Source: Malacoraja senta (lineage: Eukaryota). From it: a DNA stretch of 64,000 nt. The stretch's first letter is position 1. Each line of letters starts with the position of its first letter. The notes beneath the pieces were generated by a model. The model saw only the letters and a list, made by a program, of their open reading frames with translations. It did no database searches and was not told where the DNA came from. The translations under genes were made by a program, and so were the position numbers. The DNA lies in assembly GCA_038087875.1 (NCBI GenBank), contig CM075993.1, positions 11,162,001 through 11,226,000 of the forward strand, read 5' to 3'. This document shows, one piece after another, positions 1 through 11,989 of this stretch.

Positions 1-289
1 GAGTAATCTTTGCAGAACACCATTAATCATAATTAAGGCAGGTGAGACAGGCTCTTCAGTGACATCGCCTACAGACATTGGCTTCCTTGAAACGAACCCC
101 CCAGGAGGGATTCTTCCTCACGGTCCATGGGCTCGCTGTGGAGCAGTTAAAATGGCAATACTCTCGGTCTGGGATCTGGCATTATTCAACAGGTGACAGA
201 GGACTGGCCAGTTTCATCCCCAGCTGTTATTAGGCAACTGAACCATCCTGGAGATAGTGGAGGAAGGAACTGCAGATACTGGTTTGTAG

Positions 290-505
290 ATAATAGGTGC
301 AGGAGTAGGCCATTCGGCCCTTCGAGCCAGCACCGCCATTCAATGTGATCATGGCTGATCATCCACAATCAGTACCCCGTTCCTGCCTTCTCCCCATATT
401 CTCCGCTATTTTTAAGAGCCCTATCTAGCTCTCTCTTGAAAGCGTCCAGAGAACCTGCCTCCACCGTCCTCTGAGGCAGAGATTTCCACAGACTCACCAC
501 TCTCT
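290..505 (-). mobile_element. CR1 LINE 3' fragment
   Basis: Same 3' end (ggtgcaggagtaggccattcggcccttcgagccagcacc...) as the copies encoding ...SQRVVSLWNSLPQ...ELDRAL on the minus strand. Confidence 0.85.
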
Positions 506-1095
506 GTGTTTTAAACCGAAGGTAGACACAAAACACTGGAGTAACTTAGCGGGACAGGCAGCATCTCTGGAGAGAAGGGATGGGTGATGTTTCGGGTCGA
601 GACCCTTCTCCAGACTGGTTATGGATAAGTGAAACCAGAGATATAGACGGCGATGTGGAGAGATAAAGAACAATGAATGAAAGATATGCAAAAAAGTAAT
701 GATGATAAAGGAAACAGGCCATTGTAAGCTGTTTGTTGGGTGAAAACGAGAAGCTGGTGTGACTTGGGTGGGGGAGGGATAGAGAGAGAGGGAATGCCGG
801 GGCTACCTGAAGTGAGAGAAATCAATATTCATACCACTGGGCTGTAAGCTGCCCAAACAAAATATGACATGCTGTTCCTCCAATGTGCGTTTAGCCTCAC
901 TCTGACAATGGAGGAGACCGAGGACAGAAAGGTCTGTGTGGGAATGGGAAGAATTAAAGTGTCCAGCAACCGGGAGATCAGGTACTGTAGGTTCTCAAGA
1001 AAGGCACAAAAAGCTGGAGTAACTCAGCGGGACAGGCAGCATCTCTGGAGAGGAGGAATGGGTGATGTTTCGGGTCGAGACCCTTCTTCAGACTG
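506..1095 (-). mobile_element. Penelope-like element 3' end / terminal repeat fragments
   Basis: Reverse complement of the Penelope 3' region at 19140-19608, with decayed hammerhead-like motifs near 585-613 and 1064-1091. Confidence 0.75.
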
Positions 1096-1464
1096 AACCA
1101 TCCCTGCAAAGAACCAGAGAGCAGCCCTGAGGTACTGTCCACCTCATTGGAGACCCTCGGACCAACTTCAATCGGACTTCACTGGACTTTATCTTGCACT
1201 AACCGTTATTCATGTTATTCCCTTCATCGTGTATCTGTACACCGTGGACGGCTCGATTATAATCATGTATTGTCTTTCCCCTGGCTGGTGAGCACGCAAC
1301 AAAAACGTTTTTCACTGCACTTGTCATAGGTGATAATAAACTAAACCGAACCAAAGTAAAGAGATGTGAAAGAAGGCGGAGGAGAGAAGGGATATAAACA
1401 TCCCGGAACTGAAGGTGTTGGGAATGTGAAGGACAGAAGACCATTGGGAATACTCAGTAGGCCT

Positions 1465-1850
1465 GGACCTACCTGATCTCCCGGTTGCCAAACACTTCAA
1501 CTCCCCCTTCCATTCCCACACTGACCTTTCTGTCCTGGGCCTCCTCCATTGTCAGAGTGAGGCCCAGCGCAAATTGGAGGAACAGCACCTCATAATTCGC
1601 TTGGGCAGCTTACACCCCAGCGGTATGAATATTGATTTCTCTAACTTCAAGTAGCCCTTGCTTTCCCCCCTCTCTCTCCATCCCCTCCCCCACTCTAGTC
1701 ATCGTACTAGTTTCACTGTTGTCCTGTTGATTTCCACCGTCTGTTATCACCTATCCCACAGCCAACAATGGACCATTGTGGGCTCCACATTTCCTTGATT
1801 ATCGTTGCTTTCTGCATATCTTCCATTCATTTGACCTAAGTACTGTCTAT
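1465..1850 (+). mobile_element. Penelope-like element, GIY-YIG C-terminal fragment and 3' UTR
   Basis: Matches the end of the GIY-YIG ORF at 37658-38173 (PDLPVA.HFN...KLEEQHLI.RLGSLHPSGMNIDFSNFK). Confidence 0.8.
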
Positions 1851-1855
1851 ACTGT

Positions 1856-2115
1856 CTATAAAAACAGTTTTTATCCACGAGTAGTTGCTCTACTCAACAG
1901 CCAAAAATCTGTAGCCTCCCTTTGATCTGGTATTTTGTTGGTTCACATGCTTGATCAATGGTGTTTTATCATTAATGTTTTATTATTATTAATGTTTAAT
2001 GTTTTCTGAGTCATTCGTAACTGTCACTGTATGTCATGTTGTTACTTGTGGGCGGAGCACCAAGGCAAATTCCTTGTATGTGAATACTTGGCCAATAAAC
2101 TTACTTACTTACTTA
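1856..2115 (+). mobile_element. Rex1/Babar-like LINE 3' tail
   Basis: Remnant of the terminal 'NSFYP...LLN' codons, a T-rich UTR and an aataaa(ctta)n tail. Confidence 0.55.
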
Positions 2116-2429
2116 TATCTCTTGTTCCCCTCTCCCCTGACTCTGAAGAAGGGCCTCGGCCCAAAACGTCAACTATTCCTTTTATCCAGAGATGCTGCCT
2201 GAGCCCCTGAGTTACTCCAGCATCTTGTGTTTGTCACCAAGTTCTTCAATCTCTGAATGTCACAGAGCTGTGGGGTTTAAAGTTAAACAGAGCTCTCCTC
2301 GAAACAGTGGGCTGCAGATCTCGCTCGTGGCCCATTGTCCTGGAGTGTCGGCTAACACATGCTAACACAGCACATCCTCTTCACCCTCCCTAGTAGCCAC
2401 CCTACCTCTCATCCCTCCTTGTCTCCTTA

Positions 2430-2780
2430 GCGGCAGAGACAGATTCTCTTACCCAGAGTGGGGGAATCGAGGACCAGAGGACAAAAGTTCAAGGTGAAGG
2501 GGAAAGATTTAATAGGAACATGAGGGGCAACTTTTTCACACAAAAGGTGGTGGGTGTATGGAACAAGCTGCCAGAGGAAGTAGTTGAGGCTGGGACTATC
2601 CCAATGTTTCAGAAACAATTCGAGTGGTACCTGGATAGGACAAGTTTGCAGGGATATGGACCAAACGCAGGCAGGTGGGACTAGTGTAGCTGGGACATGT
2701 TGGCCTGTGTGGGCTAGTTGGGCTGAAGGGCCGAATGGCCTGCTTCCATACTGGATCACACTATGACTCTATGACTCTAT
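2430..2780 (+). mobile_element. CR1 (HER1-like) LINE 3' fragment
   Basis: Encodes FFTQKVVGVWNKLPEEVVEAG and ends in a (tatgactc)n tail. Confidence 0.8.
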
Positions 2781-3056
2781 GTTACCTGGGCTTGTGGGCT
2801 ATAGGGAGAGGTTAGATAGCTTGCGACTTTTTTCGGACCCAAAACATCACCCATTCCTTTTCTCCAGAGACGCTGCCTGTCCCGCTGAGTTACTCCAGTT
2901 TGTTGTGTCTATCTTCAGGTTGGTTCAGTTGACACAGCACGGAAACAGGCTCTTCATCCCAACTTGTCCATGACCACCAAGATGCCCATCTGCGCTAGTT
3001 CTCTTTGTCCACGTTTGGCCCATGTCCCGCTAAACCTTTGAGTTTGAGTTCAGTTT

Positions 3057-3439
3057 GACAATAGACAATAGACAATAGGTGCAGGAGTAGGCCATTCAGC
3101 CCTTCAAGCCAGCACCGCCATTCAATGTGATCATGGCTGATCATCCCCAATCAGTACCCCGTTCCTGCCTTCTCCCCATATCCCCTGACTCCGCTGTTTT
3201 TAAGAGCCCTATCTAGCTCTCTCATGAAAGTATCCAGAGAACCGGCCTCCACCGCCCTCTGAGGCAGAGAATTCCACAGACTCACCACTCTCTGTGAGAA
3301 AAAGTGTTTCCTCGTCTCCGTTCTAAATGGCTTACCCCTTATTCTTAAACTGTGGCCCCTGGTTCTGGACTCCCCCAACATCGGGAACATGTTTCCTGCC
3401 TCTAGCGTGTCCAAGCCCTTTATAATCTTATATGTTTCA
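3057..3439 (-). mobile_element. 5'-truncated CR1 inserted in a Rex1/Babar tail
   Basis: ORF 3151-3414 is the CR1 ORF2 C-terminus; (tctattg)n tail; ttcagttt duplicated at 3049-3056 and 3436-3443. Confidence 0.85.
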
Positions 3440-3850
3440 GTTTGAGTTTAGTTTATTGTCACCGAGGTACAGTGAAAAGCATTTGTTGCGTGCTAACCAG
3501 TCAGCGGAAAGGCAATCACAATTGAGCCGTCCACAGTGTACAGATACATGATAAAGGGAATAACGTGAATAATGTTTAGTGCAAGATAAAGCTGCAAAAG
3601 TCTGATCAAAGATAGTCCGAGGGTCTCCAATGAGATAGATAGTAATTCGGGTACCATCTGTAGTTGATGGTAGGATGGGTCAGTTGCCTGATAACAGCTG
3701 GGAAGAAACTGTCTCCGAATCAGGAGGTGTGCGTTTTCACACTTCTGTACCTCTTGCCCGATGGGAAAGGGGAGAGGAGGGAGTGGCCGGGGTGCGACTC
3801 GTCCTTGATTATGCGGCTGTCCTTGCCGAGGCAGCGTGAGGTGTATTGAC
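3440..3850 (-). mobile_element. Rex1/Babar LINE 3' fragment
   Basis: Encodes RCLGKDSRIIKDESHPGHSLLSPFPSGKRYRSVKTHTS, the typical Rex1/Babar C-terminal motif. Confidence 0.75.
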
Positions 3851-4867
3851 GTGTACAACCCATGAAGGGACAGGCAGAACGTGAACACTCAGTCTTCTTC
3901 CCCAGTGTGGAGGTTTCTAAAACTAGAGGGCACAGGTTTAAGGTGAGTATGGAGCAGTTGGGATGCAACTGTTTCATTCAGAGATTAGTCAGTGTCTGAA
4001 ATGAGAAGCTATAGTGGACACAATGATGACTTTTTAAAGAATATTTGTACAGATACCCTGAAGGGTTTAGAGGGATATGGGCCAAATGCCGGGAGATGGA
4101 ATGCCAAAGATAGACACAACGTGCTGGAGTAACTCAGCGAGTCAGGCAGTATATCTGGAGGAAATGGATGGGTGACATTTTGGGTCGGAACCCTTATTTT
4201 AGACTTTGCCTGATCCGCTGAATTATTCCAGCACTTTGTGTCTATCTTTGGTATAAAGCAGCATCTGCAGTTCCTTGTTTCTCCAAGTGGAATGCCAACT
4301 TGGCCAACAAGGGCTAGGTGGGGCGAAAGGGCCTGTTTCCATGCTATATGGATCTATGGCTAAACAGTGCTTCCATGTTTTATTTCTCACCCTGTATTTT
4401 TAGACAATAGACAATAGGTGCAGGAGTAGGCCCATTCGTCACTTTGAGCCATTCACAGTGATCATGGCTGATCATCCACAAAGTACCCCGTTCCTGCCTT
4501 ATATTTTTAAGGCAGGGATTGACAGATTGTTGATTAGTACGGATGTTAGGGGTTATGGGGAGAAGGCAGGAGAATGTGATTAGGAGAGAGACATGGATCA
4601 GCCATTAGTGAATGGTGGAGTAGATGATGGGCCAAATGGCCTAATTCTGCTCCTATCACTTATAACCTTATGACATGACCCTCCTGCCTGAAGTCCCCAG
4701 ACACTCACCCTCGCTGACTCTCCCTCCTGCAGCCACACTGACTTCCTCCATGACTGGCCTGGTGTGAACCAGTACATTTGGCCTCTCCACTGGCATCACC
4801 CAGCACTCTGCAACTGCCTCTCTCAACCCCGCTACTTCTCCCACCCTGCACTCCCTCCCATCTCTTC

Positions 4868-5211
4868 AGATGGCGCAATGGGCTAAGTGTTCGGCTGGCA
4901 ACCGGAAGGTAGCCGGTTCGAATCCCGCTTGGAGTGCATACTGTCGTTGTGTCCTTGGGCAAGACACTTCACCCACCTTTGCCTGCGTGTGAATGTGTGT
5001 GAATGTGTGTGAGTGATTGGTGGTGGTCGGAGGGGCCGTAGGCGCAGATTAGCAGCCACGCTTCCGTCAGTCTGCCCCAGGGCAGCTGTGGCTACAGAAG
5101 TAGCTCACCACCACCGAGTGTGACTGAGGAGTGAATGAATAATGCGATGTAAAGCGCCTTGAGTATTAGAAAGGTGCTATATAAATCCCATCCATTATTA
5201 TTATTATTATT
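4868..5211 (+). mobile_element. tRNA-derived CORE-type SINE (AFC-like) with L2-type tail
   Basis: A-box tggcgcaatgg, B-box ggttcgaatcc, CORE-like gtgtccttgggcaagacact, L2-like tail tgtaaagcgccttgag...gctatataaat(att)n; TSD atctcttc at 4860-4867 and 5212-5219. Confidence 0.8.
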
Positions 5212-5290
5212 ATCTCTTCGATCAGGCCTTTAGTCATCTTTGTTGATCGCTCACTATGGATCAATGTTGACTTAATTAACTACCATCATC

Positions 5291-5585
5291 GGGCTGCAGC
5301 GTGGTGCAGCGGTAGAGTTGCTGCCTCACAGCACCAGAGACCCGGGTTCCATCCCAACTACGGGTGCTGTCTGTACGGAGTTTGTACCTTCTCCCCGTGA
5401 CTGTGTGGGTTTTCTCCGGGTGCTCGAGTTCCTCCCACACTCCAAATACGTGCAGGTTTGTGGTTAATTGGGCTTCTGTAAATTGTCCCTGGTGTGGAGG
5501 ATAGTGCTTGTGTATGGGGATAGCTGATCAGCAGGGACTCGGTGGGCTGAAGGGTCTGTTTCCGTGCTGTATCTCTCAAGTCTAA
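5291..5585 (+). mobile_element. HE1-type V-SINE
   Basis: tRNA-like head (gtggtgcagcggtagagttgctgcc...), V-domain (ctccgggtgctc...ttcctcccacactccaaa), CR1-like tail. Confidence 0.85.
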
Positions 5586-6074
5586 AGGATGCCACATAAA
5601 TGCAAAGTGCTGTCGTGCCATTAATTCACTGTTTCTGCCCAGGAAACACTGTCCACTGAGTCAGAGTTTGTCTAGGAATGATTGGGACTCTGATGAAAGG
5701 TTACACCCCATCCCTAACTCCGTAATCTATAGCAACAGGCTTTTTTAGAACATAGAATTTTGAACAAGGAACAAAGTACAGTACAGCACAAGAACAGGCC
5801 CTTCGGTCCACGATGTCTGTGCTGAACATGATGCCCAGTCCATGACTTATCTAGCTACATATCCCTCCATTCCCTGCATATCCATGTGCCTATCCAAAAG
5901 TCTTTTAAATGCCACTGTCATATCTGCCTCCACCATCACCCCCAGGTACTCACCACCCTCTGCGTAAAAAAACATGCCCCGCACATCTCATACTGGTTTT
6001 GTCACTCTCACCTTAAAGATATGCCCTCTAGTATTTGAGAATTTAATTCTGGGATAAAGATCCTATCAAGAGTT

Positions 6075-6990
6075 AAGAATCAAGAGTGTTTTATTGTCAT
6101 ATGTCCCAGATAGGACAATCACATTCTTACTTGCTGCAGCACAACAGAATATGTAAACATAGTACATAGCGGGAGAAAAAAAGTTCCGTGTGTATATATA
6201 CACATGCACACATACTCGATAAATAAACACATATAGTGCAATAATAATAATAATCTGTTGTAATTCAGAGCTTATTTGTTGTCATGTTTAATAGCCTGAT
6301 GGCTGTGGGGAAGGAGCTGTTCCTGAACCTGGATGTTACAGTTTTCAAGCTCCTGTACCTTCTTCCCAATGGCAACGGTGAAATGAGTGCGTGGCCAGGA
6401 TGGTGTGGGTCTCTGATGATGCTGGCTGCCTTTTTGAGGCAGCGACTTCGATAAATCCCTTCGATGGTGGGGAGGTCAGAGCCGGTGATGGACTGGGCAG
6501 TGTTCACAACTTTCTGCATTCTTTTCCGCTCCTGGACGTTCAAGTTGCCGAACCAGGCTACGATGCAGCCGGTCAGCATGCTCTCCACTGTGCACCTGTA
6601 GAAGTTCGAGAGAGACCTCCTTGACATACCGACTCTCCATAATCTTCTCAGGAAGTAGAGGCGCTGATGTGCCTTCTTTATAATTGCATCAGTGTGCTGG
6701 GTCCATGAAAGATCTTCGGAAATATGCACGCCCAGGAATTTGAGGTTCTTGACCCTTTCCACCATCGTCTCATTGATATAAACAGGATTGTGGGTCCTCA
6801 TCCTTCCCCTTCCAAAGTCCACAATCAGTTCCTTGGTTTTACTGGTGTTGAGAGCCAGGCTGTTGTGCTGGCACCATTTGGTCAATCGGTCGATCTCACT
6901 TCTATACTCATCACCATCTGTAATTCGTCCTACAACAGTGGTGTCGTCGGCAAACTTGATGATGGATTTCGCATTGTGTCTGGTTACACA
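6075..6990 (-). mobile_element. Rex1/Babar LINE, RT C-terminal half plus 3' UTR
   Basis: ORF 6265-7140 contains IIKFADDTTVVGRI...LNTSKTKELIVDF...KFLGVHISEDLSW...KKAHQRLYFLRRL...PHHPGH...RRYRS. Confidence 0.9.
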
Positions 6991-7090
6991 GTCTATGCCT
7001 CTCATAATTTTACATACTGCTATCAGGTCTTCCTGCAACCTCTGACGTTCTGGAGACAACCTTCTGTCTGTCCAACCACTCCTTGTTGCT

Positions 7091-7233
7091 TCTTCTTCTT
7101 CTTGCATACGAAGCGTGCACAGCCGAAAGTTGAAGGACAACTTGTTCTATTTGATCTTACTTGATTGTGCACGCCAGGTTGATTGCATTCGTCGAAACAG
7201 GTCGGACCACGTGAAGGTTGCAATCTCCCACCC
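7091..7233 (-). mobile_element. Short non-autonomous retroposon with (GAA)n tail, possibly RTE-mobilised
   Basis: Interrupts an older CR1 fragment; ends ...gctgtgcacgcttcgtatgc(aag)n; diverged 12-bp duplication ctccttgttgct (7079-7090) / ctccctgtcgct (7234-7245). Confidence 0.55.
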
Positions 7234-7667
7234 CTCCCTGTCGCTAATACTTCCTAATCCAGGCATCAAGTGTAGGAAGGAACTGCAGATACTGGTTTAC
7301 TCCGAAGATAGACGCAAAATGTTGGAGTAGCTCAGTGGCACAGGCAGTATCTCTGGAGAGAAGGAATATGTGATGTTTCGGGTCTAGATCTCTGGTACAC
7401 CTCCTCTGCACCCTCTCTAAAGCCTCCACATCCTTCCTGTAAGATGGAGACCAGAACTGGACGCAATACTCCAAATGCGGTCTAACTAAAGTCCGATAGG
7501 GCTGCGACATGACCTCCTGACACTTGTACTCAGTGCCCCTACCTGTGAAAGCTAGTATACCATACGCCTTCTTCACCAGTCTATCTACTAGTGATGTCAC
7601 TTTCAGAGAGCTAAGCACTCGGACCTCAAGATTCCTCGTACATCAATCCCATTGCTCTTCTGCAAGT

Positions 7668-7895
7668 CCAGCTGTGGTGTGGTGGGGAGGGGGGGCTGTG
7701 CAGGCAGCATCCAGCTGTGGTGTGGTGTGGGAGGGGGGCTGTGCACGCAGCATCCAACTGTGGTATGGTGTGGGAGGGGGGCTGTGCAGGCAGCATCCAG
7801 CTGTGGTGTGGTGTGGGAGGGGGGCTGAACAGGCAGCATCCAGCTGTGGTGTGATGGGGAGGGGGGCTGAACAGGCAGCATCCAGCTGTGGTGTG
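7668..7895. repeat. G-rich minisatellite, ~43-nt unit, about 5.5 copies
   Basis: Repeated ccagctgtggtgtggtgtgggagggggggctgtgcaggcagcat. Confidence 0.9.
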
Positions 7896-8698
7896 GCCCT
7901 CTGGCATCAGGGAGCAGCTCACACACAGGGAAGGTGCAGCCAAGGTCTGTCAGTAAGTGAGGTTGATCAGAGAGACCACTCCAATTCTCAGGGTGCTGAT
8001 CAATGCTGACATTTATATTACATTCTTGCGAGGATGTTGCCAGGACTAGAGGGTGTGAGCTATAGGGAGAGGATGAGTAGGCTGGGTCTCTATTTCTTGG
8101 AGCGCTGGAGGCTGAGGGGTGATCTTATAGAGGTGTATAAAATCATGAAAGGAATAGATTGGATAGATGCACAGAGTCTCTTGCCCAGAGAACATATTTA
8201 AGGTGAAGAGGAAAAGATTTAATAGGAATCTGGGGGGTAACTTTTTCACACAAAGGGCATTGGGTGTATGGAACGAGCTGCCAGAGGAGGTAGTTGAGGC
8301 TGGGACTATCACCATGATCATCATCATCGTTGAAAACATTAGCGACGCAGTGGCGCTGGTTTCTAACGGGAACGGTGACGGACGCACCACACATCTCTGT
8401 CCTCCAGTTCCTGCGGACTTGTACCGCTGGAAGTAAAGGATTCTGGTGTGTGTGTGTGTGTGTGTATGTGTGTGTGTGTGTGTGTGTGCTTTATCATCAT
8501 TCCTTACAATGCCGTGTACGACAGTGATCGCAACTTCTACTGAAGTGTGGATGGCCGTTGGGTCGCCAGAAGCTCATCCGCCCTTTCACAGGTCCTGTTT
8601 TTGGTCCTGCTGGGCAGCCCCCTCCTCACCTGGCAAACCAGGTGGGGGACACGGTTTAGTCGCTGACTATCCGACCATGGAGCAGGTAGCACGGGATT

Positions 8699-9230
8699 CA
8701 AGGACCCAAGCAGTCATTCCAGGAGCGGCAGAGGTTCACCTGCATCTCCTCCAACCTCATCTACTGCATCCGCTGCTCTAGATGTCAGCTGATCTACATC
8801 GGTGAGACCAAGCGGAGGCTTGGCGATCGTTTCGCCGAACACCTCCGCTCGGTCCGCATTAACCAACCTGACCTCCCGGTGGCTCAGCACTTCAACTCCC
8901 CCTCCCATTCCGAATCCGACCTCTCTGTCTTGGGTCTCCTCCATTGCCAGAGTGAGGACCACCGGAAATTGGAGGAGCAGCACCTCATATTCCGCTTGGG
9001 CAGTCAGCACCCCAGTGGCCTGAACATTGACTTCTCCAATTTCCGGTAGACCTTGTTGTCTCCTCCCCTTCTCAGCTCTCCCTCAGCCCTCGGGCTCCTC
9101 CTCTTCCTTTCTTCTTCCCGCCCCCAAACCCTGCATCAGTCTGAAGAAGGGTTTCGGCCCGAAACGTTGCCTATTTCCTTCGCTCCATAGATGCTGCCTC
9201 ACCCGCTGAGTTTCTCCAGCATTTTTGTGT
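8699..9230 (+). mobile_element. Penelope-like element 3' part (GIY-YIG plus terminal repeat)
   Basis: Encodes FTCISSNLIYCIRCSRCQLIYIGETKRRLGDRFAEHLRS; 8-bp TSD acgggatt at 8691-8698 and 9231-9238. Confidence 0.9.
9141..9170 (+). ncRNA. Minimal hammerhead ribozyme-like core (variant B)
   Basis: CTGAAGA-a-gggt(ttcg)gccc-GAAA-cg-TT, directly downstream of a Penelope GIY-YIG ORF remnant. Confidence 0.6.
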
Positions 9231-9704
9231 ACGGGATTACATGGTACCCGTGGCGGGCGGAACTCCATCTGACCTGACCTGTCCCATCATTTAAGAAACA
9301 GTTAGGCAGGTACATGGATCGGACAGGTTTGGAGGAGTATGGACCAAACACGGGCAGGTGGGACTAGTGCAGATGGGACATGTTGGCCGGTGTGGGCAGG
9401 TTGGGCTGAACGGCCTACTTGCACACTGTATCACTCTATGACTCTATTATACTCCAAGTAGGCCCTTAGTTTTAGATCCTTGGGAACCTTCACTCTGTCA
9501 ACTCTGTAAGGCAGCAACTCTACCAGCTGCGCCACTGTGCCGCCCAAAAAGTCTGGGTCAATGGTCAAATCCAGAGGGAATTAGGGAACAGATTCCCAAT
9601 CCGGAGAAAGCCAGGACATTTCCTGATCCCAAATGATCAGTGTACCTGAATCCCAGACATCAGGGTCACAGTCCCAAGGGATCAGGTCTCGATCATGACA
9701 GATA

Positions 9705-10668
9705 GCACGGTGGCGCAGTGGTGGAGTTGCTGCCTTACAGCGCTTGCAGTGCCAGACCCGGGTTCGATCCCGACTACGGGTGCTGTCTGTGCGGAGTTTG
9801 TACGTTCTCCCCGTGCCCTGCGCTGGTTTTGTCTGAGATCCAAAGACGTATCGGTTTGTAGATTAATTGGCTTTAATAAAATTGTAAATTGTCTCTAGTG
9901 TATAGGACAGTGTTAGTGTGTGGGGATCGCTGGTCGGTGTGGACTTGTTGGGCCGAAGGGCCTGCATCCACACTGTATCTAAACTAAACTAAACTAACTG
10001 ATTGGGCAACATGGCAGATATGGTTTGATGAAGTAAAATGTGAGGGTATCTGGGTTGCTCAAATGGCAGAAATGCTGTATGTTTTTTAATCGGTTTACTT
10101 TAGAGATGCAGCATGGAAACAGGCCCTTCAACCCATCAAGTCCATGCCAACCAACAATCCCCGCTCACTTACACTATCCTACACACCAGTGATGATTTAC
10201 AATTTTATCAAAGCCAATTAACCTACAAACCTGTAAGTCTTTGGAGTGTGGGAGGAAACCGGAGATCTTGAAGAAAACCCACGCGGTTCACACTAATTCT
10301 ATGTTATTCCCATTTTCTCATACATTCCCTACACACCAGGGGCAATTTATTGAGGGCCAATTAATCTACAAACCTGTATGTCTTTGGAGTGTGGGAGCGC
10401 CAAAGACCCGGGTTCCATCCCGACTACGGATGCTGTCTGTACGGAGTTTGTACGTTCTCTGCGTGTGTTTTCTCCGAGATCTCTGGGTTCCTCCCACACT
10501 CCAAAGACGTACAGGTTTGTAGGTTAATTGGCTTGGTATAAATGTAAATTGTCCCTAGTGTGTGTAGGTTAGTGTTAATGTGCGGGGATCGCTGGTCGGT
10601 GCGGACTAAATGGGCCGAAGGGCCTGTTTCTGCGCTGTATCTCTAAACTAAACTAAACTAGGCTAAAC
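9705..10668. mobile_element. Cluster of HE1 SINEs (+ 9705-9998, - ~10095-10290, + ~10395-10668)
   Basis: HE1 body motifs and (ctaaa)n tails in both orientations. Confidence 0.8.
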
Positions 10669-10779
10669 TTGTCCGTGTATGAATCTCACAGGATCAGGGA
10701 TTATAGACAAAGACTTAAGATAATTGGTGTAATGTTGGATGAGGGAGAAAGTGAAGAGAAATTTAGATAGTTATAGCTA

Positions 10780-11468
10780 GTAAAAGCTAGCTTCTTTCAG
10801 CTTCGGACGATAGCTAAAATAAAACAATTCCTCCACTTTGATGACCTCGAAAAGATCATCCACACATTTATCTCCTCCCGCCTAGATTACTGCAACTCCC
10901 TTTACACTGGCATCAGCCAATCTTCCCTGTCCCGCCTGCAACTGGTCCAAAGCGCCGCAGCGAGACTCCTGACGGGCACCCGAAAAAGGGACATCACCCC
11001 GATCCTGGCCTCTCGCCACTGGCTCCCTGTGCGGTTCCGTATACATTTCAAGATCCTCCTCTATGTCTACAAAGCCCTCAATGGGCTTGCCCCCACCTAC
11101 ATTAAAAGTCTTCTCACCCACCACTCCACCTCCAGGCCCCTCAGATCGGCCGACTTGGGGTTGCTGAATATCCCACGGTCTAGGCATAAGCTCAGGGGCG
11201 ACCGCGCCTTTGCGGTTGCAGCTCCTAGACTGTGGAACAGCATCCCCCGTCCCATCAGAACTGCCCCCTCCATCGACTCCTTTAAGTCAAGACTAAAACC
11301 TTATCTATACTCCCAAGCCTTTCTTGACGTCCTCTGAGCGAGGGCTATATGTATATATGTATGTAGTTTGTTTGTTTATATTATTCTTATAACAAATGTA
11401 AAACACTTTGGCCAACGAGAGTTGTTTTTTTAAATGTGCTATATAAATAAATGTGACTTGACTTGACT
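10780..11468 (+). mobile_element. L2-clade LINE 3' part
   Basis: Encodes IHTFISSRLDYCNSL...RLQLVQSAAARLLTG and ORF 11029-11337 (GDRAFAVAAPRLWNSIP...FKSRLK); tail gtgctatataaataaa(tgact)n. Confidence 0.9.
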
Positions 11469-11989
11469 GTAGAAGTTAAAGAGAAACCAACGTCCCTTTC
11501 ATTGACCCCATCTACACTTCACGCTGCCTCGGCAAGGCCTGCAGCATAATCAAGGACCAGTCTCACCTTTCCCATCATGTGGGATGCCGCTGTGGAGGAT
11601 GTTTATGTTCACTTTTATTTTATGTGGCTGTGTGTCTTGTTGCTTTTTACTATGGCTGTATTCTAACTCAAATTTCACTGTACCTGCATTGGGACATGTG
11701 ACAATGAACCGACCTTGAAACCTTGAAAACTTGAGGTAAGAGGTGCAGAAGTGTAACAACGCACACCTCCAGATTCAGGGGCAGTTTCTGCCCAGATATT
11801 ATCAGGTAACTAAACCATCCTATCACCAACTGGAGAGCGGTCCTGAGCCACCATCTACCTCATTGGAGACCATCGGACTATCTTAAATCAGACTTTACTG
11901 GAGTATATCTTGCACTCAGCACTGTTCCCTTTATCCTTTATCTGACGGCTCAATTGTAAGCACGTATCATCTTTCTGCTGCCTGGATAA

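Larger units (their letters stand above)
8310..9280 (-). mobile_element. Internally deleted RTE-like element, interrupted by a Penelope copy
   Basis: Minus strand ends with codons for EDRDVW (RTE-type terminal DR..W motif) and a (gat)n tail; its 5' part continues across the Penelope insertion. Confidence 0.5.
8030..9450 (+). mobile_element. CR1 3' fragment split by nested insertions (CR1 parts ~8030-8309 and ~9281-9450)
   Basis: GNFFTQRALGVWNELPEEVVEAGTI stops at 8309; the CR1 sequence resumes at cccatcatttaagaaacagttagg. Confidence 0.75.

Noticed and set aside
6265..7140. 291-aa ORF as a host gene
   Set aside because: Chance read-through across a short retroposon, a CR1 piece and a Rex1/Babar RT fragment.
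8620..9280. HDV-like ribozyme at the 5' end of the RTE-like element
   Set aside because: I could not build a consistent nested double pseudoknot by eye; a structural motif search on the rejoined element would be needed.
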